A stretch of DNA of 64,000 nt from Candidatus Kapaibacterium sp. (GTDB lineage: Bacteria > Bacteroidota > Ignavibacteria > Kapaibacteriales > UBA2268), in contig OY762428.1 of NCBI GenBank assembly GCA_963665665.1, positions 2,240,001 through 2,304,000 on the forward strand, read 5' to 3'. The position numbers were made by a program, and so were the translations under genes. Below, piece after piece: positions 9,778-18,580 of the stretch (the first letter of the stretch is position 1; each line of letters starts with the position of its first letter). Below the pieces are notes generated by a model. It had not been told where the DNA came from, searched no databases, and was given only the letters and a program-made list of their open reading frames with translations.

Positions 9778-10602
9778 ATGAATAAAAACAGCGCAATTGG
9801 AGTTTTTGATTCGGGTATTGGCGGGCTTACGGTTCTCAGCCAGCTTGCACGTTTCATGCCTTATGAAAAATATATTTACCTCGGCGATACAGCCAGGGTG
9901 CCGTATGGAAACAAATCTCCGGAAACTATAAAGAGATATTCCGCCGACTGTACTGAATTTCTGCTCGAAAAAGATGTTAAAATGGTTGTAGCAGCATGCA
10001 ATACAGCCTCATCAATAGCATTGGATACCGTTATAAATACTGCCGGCGATATTCCGGTAATCGGTATGATCAATCCTGCTGCCGGAGCAGCGCTAAGGGC
10101 TACCGTGAACAGAAATATCGGCGTTATTGGCACCAGGGCTACCATTGGCAGCGGTTCTTATTCAAATTCAATCACTTCGCTTTCCGATAAAAAAGTTAAT
10201 GTTTACACCAAAGAATGTCCTATGTTCGTCCATCTTGTAGAAGAGGGGCTGACAAATCACCCTGCTGCCAGGTTATTGGCTCAGGATTATCTGTCGCCAC
10301 TAATAAAAGAGAACATTGACACTTTAGTACTGGGCTGCACGCATTACCCGGTTATGGCCAGGCTGCTTGGCGAGCTTTTGCCGGGAGTTTCCCTGATTGA
10401 TTCCGGTGAACATGCTGCTGTAACGGCTCTACGTGCCCTTGCAGACAGAGGATTGCTTCAGGATGAGAAAAAGGAATACGTAACAAAACCTGATATGGAG
10501 TTTTATGTTACTGATCTTCCGAAGCAGTTTTTCAGGCTTGCAAAAGATTTTCTTGGTTATCCGGTAGAAAGCCCCGTGAAAGTAGATTTAGGTTCCTGTT
10601 AA
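9778..10602 (+). CDS. murI: Glutamate racemase
   Basis: Motifs IGVFDSGIGGLTV, GDTARVPYGNKS, ACNTAS and LGCTHYP. Confidence 0.97.
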   Translation: MNKNSAIGVFDSGIGGLTVLSQLARFMPYEKYIYLGDTARVPYGNKSPETIKRYSADCTEFLLEKDVKMVVAACNTASSIALDTVINTAGDIPVIGMINPAAGAALRATVNRNIGVIGTRATIGSGSYSNSITSLSDKKVNVYTKECPMFVHLVEEGLTNHPAARLLAQDYLSPLIKENIDTLVLGCTHYPVMARLLGELLPGVSLIDSGEHAAVTALRALADRGLLQDEKKEYVTKPDMEFYVTDLPKQFFRLAKDFLGYPVESPVKVDLGSC

Positions 10603-10629
10603 AAACATGAAATAAATCCCGGAGGCAAT

Positions 10630-11055
10630 ATGAAAAAATTGGCCGTCATTCTAATAATTTTTACAGCTTTTTATTCATGTAAAAATGAAGAAAACAAGCT
10701 TCGTTTTGTGGATGCAGTAATTAAATCTCCTGATAAATTCGAAAGAATTCTGGCAAAGGATTCCTCCTTCAAGGAAGATATTTTCGTAAAAAAGTATTTC
10801 TCGGATGACTCTACAAAAAAAGCATTTATAAAAAAATTCAAGTATGAACTTGATAAATATATCCTGCCGAAATATGAATTACTTTGCAGCCGTGAAGTTG
10901 ATAAATATATTGAGCAGTCAGGAGACCGGGAATATGCTCATGAACTTGTAATTAAGGGCAAATCAGAAATAATGCTGAGATTTATCTGGGTTCTTCGTTA
11001 TGGAAAATGGCAATTTCTTGATATTGAATTTACAAGTTCGGTTAATTGTAATTAG
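10630..11055 (+). CDS. Hypothetical lipoprotein
   Basis: GGAGG RBS and an N-terminal lipobox-like FYSC. Confidence 0.7.
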   Translation: MKKLAVILIIFTAFYSCKNEENKLRFVDAVIKSPDKFERILAKDSSFKEDIFVKKYFSDDSTKKAFIKKFKYELDKYILPKYELLCSREVDKYIEQSGDREYAHELVIKGKSEIMLRFIWVLRYGKWQFLDIEFTSSVNCN

Positions 11056-11433
11056 CTGAAAACCACTTATTTTTGCTTTCAATAAGGATGTCTCGTTAAT
11101 TAAAATATTTACGATTTGCTATTCCCCTGCAAGGCCACTTTCGGTAAGACGGCTGTATTTCCGAGTCTCGACTCCTTAGAAGGCTTCAATCTGCGTGTGG
11201 TAGGATGGAGACGGAAACACTGAATTAGAATAATCAAAAAACTTAATGGGAAGCTATACTTATATACGGATATCTCAAACTTTATATCTTCAGAAAACTT
11301 TTACGAAACAGTACATTGCCTTGCCGCCAAAGCTGAATAAGAAACTCATCAAATGGAAATGAGCCCGATATTTATTAAATTGCAATAAGGGATATTCCCT
11401 TATAATGAAAATGATTATTAAACCGGAAAATTA

Positions 11434-12210
11434 TTGAATATTATTGCATTCATTGGCCGAAAAGTATTGAATTTCCTTGCAGAGCTGGGACAGATAGCCT
11501 CGCTTGCCACGGGAGTGGCATTATATTTCCCACGTGCCTTCAAGGACAGGAAACTTGTATTGGAGCAAATGGCGGTTATCGGCGCTGACTCGCTGCCGCT
11601 GGTAATACTTATCGGTTCGTTTACCGGGGCGATTGCCGCATTGCAGGCAACCCTGCTCTTTTCAAAATTCAACATGATTGGAATTGCCATGCCATTCATG
11701 GGCGCTTCGATAGCAACTGCCGTGTTTACAGAATTAACGCCGGTACTAACGGCCCTGGTTATTGCCGGGAGGGTAGGTGCTTCCATGGCGGCGCAGCTTG
11801 GAACGATGAAAGTAACCGAGCAGATAGATGCCCTTGAAATGATGGCCATAGATAAAAACCGCTATCTTGCTATGCCGCGTGCCCTGGCAGCACTTCTGAT
11901 GATGCCGGTACTCGCAGTGTTCTCGAATGTTGTGGCAATGGCCGGAGCGTATATACTTACTGCCTTCAAGTATGAATTCACCCTGGCGCAGTTCTTTGGT
12001 TCGGTACAACGTTTCTTCAGCATGCAGGAAATTATTATCAGCCTGAGTAAATCTATGCTGTTCGGAGGTGTAACCGCCCTGATCGGAGTCCACGTCGGTT
12101 TCAGGACCAGCGGAGGGGCCGAAGGTGTGGGGCATTCCACAGTCCGGGCCTTTACAATTGCTGCTGCCCTTATTCTGGTTCTTGATGCCTTGTTTGGTTA
12201 TCTGGTATAA
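11434..12210 (+). CDS. mlaE: MlaE family lipid asymmetry ABC permease
   Basis: Motif ELTPVLTALVIAGRVGASMAAQLGTMKVTEQIDALEMM and GGAEGVG. Confidence 0.92.
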   Translation: MNIIAFIGRKVLNFLAELGQIASLATGVALYFPRAFKDRKLVLEQMAVIGADSLPLVILIGSFTGAIAALQATLLFSKFNMIGIAMPFMGASIATAVFTELTPVLTALVIAGRVGASMAAQLGTMKVTEQIDALEMMAIDKNRYLAMPRALAALLMMPVLAVFSNVVAMAGAYILTAFKYEFTLAQFFGSVQRFFSMQEIIISLSKSMLFGGVTALIGVHVGFRTSGGAEGVGHSTVRAFTIAAALILVLDALFGYLV

Positions 12211-12245
12211 TTAATTAGTTTGGAAAAAATGAAGGGCAACAAATA

Positions 12246-12449
12246 ATGACTAAAGAAAAAAGGAAAAACCTGATATGGGGAATAGTGGGAATTGTTGCGG
12301 GAGCATTCTGGTATAACATCCTTTCCAAGGCAATGAACTGGAACAGCCCGGCAGTAGATTCTCTTCTGCTGTTGTTTTTGGTGATAATTCCCCTTGCCGG
12401 AGGGCTTATGAACATGTTTAAATTCTTTGAAAAAGACAAAAAGCAATAG
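12246..12449 (+). CDS. Small two-TM hypothetical protein
   Basis: Fills the gap between mlaE and trmB on the same strand and has two hydrophobic segments. Confidence 0.6.
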   Translation: MTKEKRKNLIWGIVGIVAGAFWYNILSKAMNWNSPAVDSLLLLFLVIIPLAGGLMNMFKFFEKDKKQ

Positions 12450-12458
12450 GAAAAGGAA

Positions 12459-13130
12459 ATGAAAATAGATTCAAAAAAATACCCGCTCCCCAGAAGGCTA
12501 AGGCATCACACGGCGCCAAATCTTTATCTTCCTTTCGAGGAAATTAAAGATAACGAATATTACCCGCCCCTGATAGAGAATATTGACTGGCCGGCTCATT
12601 TCAGCAATGCAAAAGGGCCGGATGTTTTGGATGTAGGTTGCGGCAAAGGAGCCTTCCTGCTGGATTACTCAGAACAAAATCCGGAATGGAATTACCTCGG
12701 TATCGAAGTTCGTGAATCTGTTGTTGAATGGCTGAGCGGAGTAATAAAAGGAGAACAGCTTGCCAATGTTGACGTTATTTGGTACAGTGTGGTAAATAGT
12801 TTAAAATTCATTAACAGTCAGTCTGTTTCAGAGATATTTTACCTTTTTCCCGACCCCTGGTCAAAGAGAAAGCACTTGAAACGCCGGGCCTTCATTCAGC
12901 CTGTGCTTGAGGAATACCACAGGGTTCTGAAAGATAGCGGCCGCCTGCACCTTGCTACCGATGTTCCCGAGGTCCATGATTATCATAAGAAAACTCTTGA
13001 AAAATCCGGGCTGTTTGATTATACAATAATCAATTCCGATGCCGAGTGGAACAAACCGATAACCAATAAAGAAAAATTCTGCCGCAAAAATGATATTCCT
13101 ATCTACAGGATAATAGCCGGGAAGAAGTAA
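12459..13130 (+). CDS. trmB: tRNA (guanine-N7)-methyltransferase
   Basis: Motifs LDVGCGKG, NYLGIE, FPDPWSKRKHLKRR, LATD and TNKE. Confidence 0.93.
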   Translation: MKIDSKKYPLPRRLRHHTAPNLYLPFEEIKDNEYYPPLIENIDWPAHFSNAKGPDVLDVGCGKGAFLLDYSEQNPEWNYLGIEVRESVVEWLSGVIKGEQLANVDVIWYSVVNSLKFINSQSVSEIFYLFPDPWSKRKHLKRRAFIQPVLEEYHRVLKDSGRLHLATDVPEVHDYHKKTLEKSGLFDYTIINSDAEWNKPITNKEKFCRKNDIPIYRIIAGKK

Positions 13131-13198
13131 GATAAAGATAGCTTTAATGATCTAATATATCATGTATAAGCAATATCATTAATTGAAAAAAATTCGAA

Positions 13199-14704
13199 TT
13201 ATTTCATATAATTTGTTATTGATTCTTTATCACCGAGTAATATTTTATTAGAATCATCATATTTTAATCCGTCATTAACGATTTTCATTGCTTCTTTAAA
13301 CTTTGAATCTCTGATTTTTTCCATAGCGTACTCGTGATAAATTCTGCAAATTAGCTTGATAACAAGTTTATGATTCGGTAGTATTTCAAGTTGTTTGCTC
13401 AAAAATTCGATACCTTCGATGTGCTTTTCAGTATAATGTTCATAATAACGATCAATTTGAACAGCTACATAGAGATCCGGCATATTTAACTTATCAAATC
13501 CATATTTATTGATAATTTCATTCATTTCATTATATGCTGTATCAAATTCCTGATTCAATCGCAAGGATACAATATATTCATGAAAAATACTTAAAAAATG
13601 CTCCCAGATCAGGTTGCTATTTATATGTGGCCCGATTCTTTCTTTTAGAAATATATAGCTGTCTTTTTTACTTTCATTGAAATATAGTGATCTCGACTTC
13701 TTTATAATATAGAATTCCTCAAATTTCAAATAATATTCCTTATCAACCGGAAGAAAAATATCCTCTTTCAGAAAATCTAAAATTAATTCTGCCTCGTAAT
13801 AATTGAGTTGATCAGTCAGATTATCTAATTCCTTAGAAAACACAATGTATAAAAAATGTGCATTAGCAGAATCCAGCTTCTCAATCTTCAAATATTCTGG
13901 TAAAATATTTGCCAAAGAATCAGTTGTAAATTCATGATTGTTACAGATATAATCTGTAATATTTAAAAGATTAATACCGATTATCCTGTTCCCGGGCAAT
14001 CGGTTGTATGCTTCAATTACCTTATTAACAGCATTTTGTAAATTCCCATTAATCAAATCACTGGCTGCTAAATTCGAGTAGCCGATAGCAGGAATATCTT
14101 CGTAGGCAATTTCATCTGTGTAAACATAAAATTCCTTGTAAATGGAATCCTTTCCCTTATTACTTATCTCTTCTCTTGTAATTAATTTATACTCTAATAG
14201 ATTTTCAATTATTTCGTCCAGGTCGTCTTCATCATGGTTCAAATAAACGCCGAGAGCAGGTTCGGTCATATCAATAATATATTCTTCATTATCTTTATTG
14301 AAACTTAGAAATATATGATTAGGCATAATTCTGATTTTATAGTTCAGGAACAGATCTTTCGCCAGCGCTGTATAAAGCACAGTGCCGCTGAAACAGTCAA
14401 AAATACCTTCATCCAAAAGCAGGAAAAGCCTGGAATTCATCTTGTATTTTCGAATATAATTTTCCTGTAGCAACTCAAAAAGGTCTTCATGACGTTCTAA
14501 CTGCTCGTCGTCAGGATCAATTTCCTCACGGCACAGTTCAAGTATCTCATTATATTTGTCTTCATAATCAGCTATTGACTGATCGTCGTTGATACCTTCT
14601 GCTTTCAACAATGTTTTAATCATATCAAACCCTCCGGCTTCGTTTTGAGCTGACAGGCAGGGCATACTGAACAGAAAAAATAATATTATCGGGACTTTCT
14701 TCAT
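13199..14704 (-). CDS. Secreted hypothetical protein with a transglutaminase-like N-terminal segment and helical (TPR-like) repeats
   Basis: Signal peptide and GIFDCFSGTVLY...PNHIF...IDMT, a possible Cys-His-Asp triad. The C-terminal region is helical. Confidence 0.6.
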   Translation of the reverse strand: MKKVPIILFFLFSMPCLSAQNEAGGFDMIKTLLKAEGINDDQSIADYEDKYNEILELCREEIDPDDEQLERHEDLFELLQENYIRKYKMNSRLFLLLDEGIFDCFSGTVLYTALAKDLFLNYKIRIMPNHIFLSFNKDNEEYIIDMTEPALGVYLNHDEDDLDEIIENLLEYKLITREEISNKGKDSIYKEFYVYTDEIAYEDIPAIGYSNLAASDLINGNLQNAVNKVIEAYNRLPGNRIIGINLLNITDYICNNHEFTTDSLANILPEYLKIEKLDSANAHFLYIVFSKELDNLTDQLNYYEAELILDFLKEDIFLPVDKEYYLKFEEFYIIKKSRSLYFNESKKDSYIFLKERIGPHINSNLIWEHFLSIFHEYIVSLRLNQEFDTAYNEMNEIINKYGFDKLNMPDLYVAVQIDRYYEHYTEKHIEGIEFLSKQLEILPNHKLVIKLICRIYHEYAMEKIRDSKFKEAMKIVNDGLKYDDSNKILLGDKESITNYMK

Positions 14705-14912
14705 CTCAGTCTTTTTCAAATTTGTTTCAAATAGATATTATAAATTTAACATATTTTAAAAAAGAAACCATAATTAATTCGGACAGAATTCAATTTCATT
14801 TTAATTTATTTTAATGCCATAGATAGAAATCAAATAAAATTTTATGCTACAATCTGACAATTTACTTATTTTGTACAAATAATTTTTACTTGGCAAAAAG
14901 AGCAGTTAAAAT

Positions 14913-15368
14913 ATGGAAGTTAATGAATCAATTATAAGTAGCTATTCAAGGAGAAGCTCCGAATGGATAACAACATTTTTTATCGGGCTGTTCCTTGCTT
15001 TTATCGGGTATATCAGCGAAGAAAATTCAATGATCCCGCCAATTGTACTTTATATTTCTGTCCTGATAGCTTTGATTCACGGAGTTTGGCAACTAACAAC
15101 AGCTTACATTATTATTAGTAATAATAAAATCTTTGTTAAACGCACTTTGTTTAAAATTCACAGAATAGATATAGAAAATATCAATAGCATCAAATTTTCA
15201 GGTACAAATATTATGATAGATTATACAGCCGGATATGCCATTATCAGCCTGAAAGCAGTACGTCCTGATAAAAGTAACATTCTAAAAGAAGATTTAGAAA
15301 AGCTCCTTTTAAGAAAAGAAAACGATAAGGAAGAGTATCCGACTGATACTGATAATGTTCCCAAATAA
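14913..15368 (+). CDS. Hypothetical membrane protein (two TM plus a bacterial PH-like domain)
   Basis: Two TM helices followed by a beta-rich segment (IDIENINSI). Confidence 0.55.
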   Translation: MEVNESIISSYSRRSSEWITTFFIGLFLAFIGYISEENSMIPPIVLYISVLIALIHGVWQLTTAYIIISNNKIFVKRTLFKIHRIDIENINSIKFSGTNIMIDYTAGYAIISLKAVRPDKSNILKEDLEKLLLRKENDKEEYPTDTDNVPK

Positions 15369-15420
15369 ATACTCCGAATAAATACTTATATTTGTAAATT
15401 GTTGAATTCGGGTAGTTGAT

Positions 15421-16368
15421 ATGAAGATTAGCGGCTTTTCATTTGTAAGGAACGGAAGTAAACTATATTATCCGGTGAAGGAATCCATTCAGTCCATTCT
15501 GCCGGTTTGCGATGAATTTGTTGTTGCCGTGGGAAAAGGTGACGAAGATGACAATACACGCGAAATGATTGAATCCATAAACGACCCCAAAGTAAAGATT
15601 ATCGACACCGTCTGGGAAGATAAGTACTGCATGAGAGGAGCTATTAACGCGGTACAAACCGATATTGCAAAATCACATTGCAGCGGAGACTGGCTGTTCT
15701 ACGTCCAGGCCGACGAAGTTGTTCATGAAAAATACCACGAAGGTATTAAAAAACGCTGTATGGAACTGTTTGATAATAAAGATGTTGAAGGGCTGCTTTT
15801 CGGCTACAAACATTTTTGGGGCGATTATAATCACTACCACCAGAGCCATGGCTGGTATCCATACGAGATACGGATTGTAAGAAATCACCCGAATATTCAC
15901 TCATGGCAAAGCGCTCAATCCTTCCGCTGGTATGATAATTATGAGTCCACCCACCAGGAAGCAGGAACAAGGAAACTAAAAGTAGCCATTGCCAACGCTG
16001 AAATATACCATTACGGGTGGGTCAGGCCGCCGCACTATATGCAAAGCAAGAGCAAGGCCCTGGATTCGGTGCATAAAGGCAAAGAAGCTATGGACAAGGC
16101 CTATAAAGAAAAACCACGGGAATTCGACTACGGCCCGCTGGACAGGCTGCGTGTTTTCAAAGACAGCCACCCGGCAGTAATGCAGGAAATGATTAGCAGG
16201 ATGAACTGGAAAGACAAACTTCAGTATAGCGGCCAACCCGATCCTGCAAGAAAACTTCATAAACACGAAAGAATGAAATACAGGATCATAAGCAGCCTGG
16301 AACGCACACTTTTCGGCGGCAAACAAATGGGCGGTTTCCAAAATTATGAACTCCTTAAGAATATTTGA
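15421..16368 (+). CDS. Glycosyltransferase family 2-like protein
   Basis: Motifs SILPVCDEFVVAVG, GDWLFYVQADE and YHYGWVR. Confidence 0.88.
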   Translation: MKISGFSFVRNGSKLYYPVKESIQSILPVCDEFVVAVGKGDEDDNTREMIESINDPKVKIIDTVWEDKYCMRGAINAVQTDIAKSHCSGDWLFYVQADEVVHEKYHEGIKKRCMELFDNKDVEGLLFGYKHFWGDYNHYHQSHGWYPYEIRIVRNHPNIHSWQSAQSFRWYDNYESTHQEAGTRKLKVAIANAEIYHYGWVRPPHYMQSKSKALDSVHKGKEAMDKAYKEKPREFDYGPLDRLRVFKDSHPAVMQEMISRMNWKDKLQYSGQPDPARKLHKHERMKYRIISSLERTLFGGKQMGGFQNYELLKNI

Positions 16369-17477
16369 ATTTAATGAGTAGTTCCGCAAAAAATATCGAA
16401 AAAAAAGCTAAACGAATTGCCAATCATTATATTTATGGCAGAAAAAAGCCTTTGATGCTTGATACTGGCGAACAAGTGATATATTTAAACCCCGGGGATA
16501 AAGTGCTTTTCCTGCGCCAGGACAGAATAGGGGACCTGCTGGTGTCAACCCCGGTATTCAGAAGATTTTCGGATGAGTTTCCCGAAGTTGAAACCGATAT
16601 TTTGCTGAGCTATAAAAATATAGGGGCATCAGCGGGAGTAAAGGATTACTGCGATGAAATACTTGTTTATAACAAAGGCCTGGCAGAAATTAAAAAACTG
16701 ATAAGTAAAATAAGATCTAAAAAATACAAACTTATCATAGACCTGTTTGATAATGCCTCGACAACAAGCTCGGCAATAATAAAATTCGGAAAACCTGAAT
16801 ACAGCCTTGGATTTGATAAGGAAAACCGCCGCAGCTATGATTTTACGGTTCCGATTCCGGATAAGGCCGGTAATCATATATCCAAGCGAATATCCAGGCT
16901 GCTTTTGCCTTTTGGGATTGATATGCAGGAAAGAGATCTAAGCCCGGTATATCCATTTGACATGCATTTATACGAAAATGTTTATCCAAAAATGAAAGCA
17001 AACCACGGCAAACAACTTTTTGCCATTAATCTTAGCGGATCCAACAGGGCAAAATACTGGGGAACTGAAAATTATATCAAATTTATCAACAGGGTTTTAA
17101 AGCTTTTCTCCAACCTGGAACCAATCTGCTTTGCTACAAAAGACTATGAAGAGGAACTTGAAACTATATCCGACAAAACAGGAGTTCGTACAGCCCCTTT
17201 TACTTCATCCCTTGATGAGTATGCTGCCATGCTCAGCTGCTGCGACCTGATACTTACTCCCGATACGGCTGCCGTTCATTTTGCATCTGCTTTTAAAATC
17301 CCATGTATAGCCATGTACGACATATCAGGCCTGGAAATTGCAGGAATGCCCTGGACACCCGTAAATATACCCCACAGAACGATCGAGATAAAAGACAAAA
17401 TTGAAAATATTAAAGTTATCGATGTTCTGGTGAACCTGAGCAGCCTGGTGGAAGAATGTATATCGGGGTGCGAATGA
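16365..17477 (+). CDS. Glycosyltransferase family 9 (LPS heptosyltransferase-like)
   Basis: Motifs RQDRIGDLLVSTP, KYW and TPDTAAVHFASA. Confidence 0.9.
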   Translation: MNLMSSSAKNIEKKAKRIANHYIYGRKKPLMLDTGEQVIYLNPGDKVLFLRQDRIGDLLVSTPVFRRFSDEFPEVETDILLSYKNIGASAGVKDYCDEILVYNKGLAEIKKLISKIRSKKYKLIIDLFDNASTTSSAIIKFGKPEYSLGFDKENRRSYDFTVPIPDKAGNHISKRISRLLLPFGIDMQERDLSPVYPFDMHLYENVYPKMKANHGKQLFAINLSGSNRAKYWGTENYIKFINRVLKLFSNLEPICFATKDYEEELETISDKTGVRTAPFTSSLDEYAAMLSCCDLILTPDTAAVHFASAFKIPCIAMYDISGLEIAGMPWTPVNIPHRTIEIKDKIENIKVIDVLVNLSSLVEECISGCE

Positions 17478-18436
17478 AACAAATTTTAGTTGTTCAGCTT
17501 GGGAAAATAGGTGATACGATCCTGGCCATTCCTTTATTACACGGAATAAAAGAAGTATTCCCGGATTGCGAAATTGATGTACTTACAGGCAGCTATGCAA
17601 AAGAATTGCTTTCTTATCAGAAAATTATCCGGAAAGTATTCGTTTACGAGAAAAAACCCCTGAAAATTGCATCGCTTTTAAATGAAATTCGCAGGCAAAA
17701 ATATGACCTTCTAATAGACCCTAAGGACCATCAATCCAGCGAAAGTTCTGTTTTTGCGAGGATTATCAGGGCAGACAGAAAAATCGGTTTCAATCCTCCC
17801 GGCAAATCTTATTTTAATGACAGCCTGCCAGGCGACGAGGCAAACAAAAAGCTCCACTATTCGGAAAAAGTTCTTCGTCCGCTTGAATTATTCGGCCAAA
17901 AAATGCCAGGTAAGCCGGTAAAACCGATACTTGACGAAGCGCCGGAAAGCTCTGAAAAAGTTATTGCCTTCTTCGAGGAATGTGCTTCCGAACCTAAAAT
18001 ACTTGTAAATATTTCCGCTTCCAGAATGGCAAGGATGTGGCCCGAAAAGAACTGGATTGATTTTTTCAATACTGCTTCCTTCAATGGCAGATTTGTAATG
18101 AGTTTCGCCCCATCCGAAAAGGAAATGGCTGAAAGGATCAGCAATGCAAGCCCGAATGTTGAATTGTTCCGTACATCCGGATTCATGGATGTTGTTTCTT
18201 TGGTAAAAAATTGCGATATGGTGGTTACACCTGATACATCCATAGTCCATATAGCCTCTGCTTTTGATAAACCACTTATCAGCATGTTCTGCAATATCCC
18301 TAAAATGTATACGAAATTCCATCCACTGAGCACTTTACAGATAATCCTTAAAAGTCCGGATGGCGTCGACAGCATCGAATCAATAACCCCATCCGATCTT
18401 AGAAATGCTTTCGAAAGCATGCTGAAAAAAATTTGA
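17474..18436 (+). CDS. Glycosyltransferase family 9 (LPS heptosyltransferase-like)
   Basis: Motifs ILVVQLGKIGDTILAIP, RMWP and TPDTSIVHIASA. ATGA overlap with the previous gene. Confidence 0.9.
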   Translation: MKQILVVQLGKIGDTILAIPLLHGIKEVFPDCEIDVLTGSYAKELLSYQKIIRKVFVYEKKPLKIASLLNEIRRQKYDLLIDPKDHQSSESSVFARIIRADRKIGFNPPGKSYFNDSLPGDEANKKLHYSEKVLRPLELFGQKMPGKPVKPILDEAPESSEKVIAFFEECASEPKILVNISASRMARMWPEKNWIDFFNTASFNGRFVMSFAPSEKEMAERISNASPNVELFRTSGFMDVVSLVKNCDMVVTPDTSIVHIASAFDKPLISMFCNIPKMYTKFHPLSTLQIILKSPDGVDSIESITPSDLRNAFESMLKKI

Positions 18437-18467
18437 ATTACACAATTGAAATTGAATATTAAAAAAA

Positions 18468-18570
18468 CCACCCCTTTAATCCCCTCCAGTGGAGGGGAAT
18501 GCTATATGTATGATATACAAGAAGATAATTCCCCTCAGGCGGAGGGGTGGCAGCGAAGCTGACGGTGTGG
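18468..18570. repeat. CCCCTC...GAGGGG palindromic REP-like element
   Basis: TCCCCTCCAGTGGAGGGGA and TCCCCTCAGGCGGAGGGGTGGCAGCGAAGCTGACGG lie between convergent genes. Confidence 0.65.
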
Positions 18571-18580
18571 CGTTTACGGA

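Noticed and set aside
11100-11400. Coding-like intergenic stretch before mlaE
   Set aside because: It has only short frames broken by stops and no recognizable motif, so neither a pseudogene nor an RNA call can be supported.
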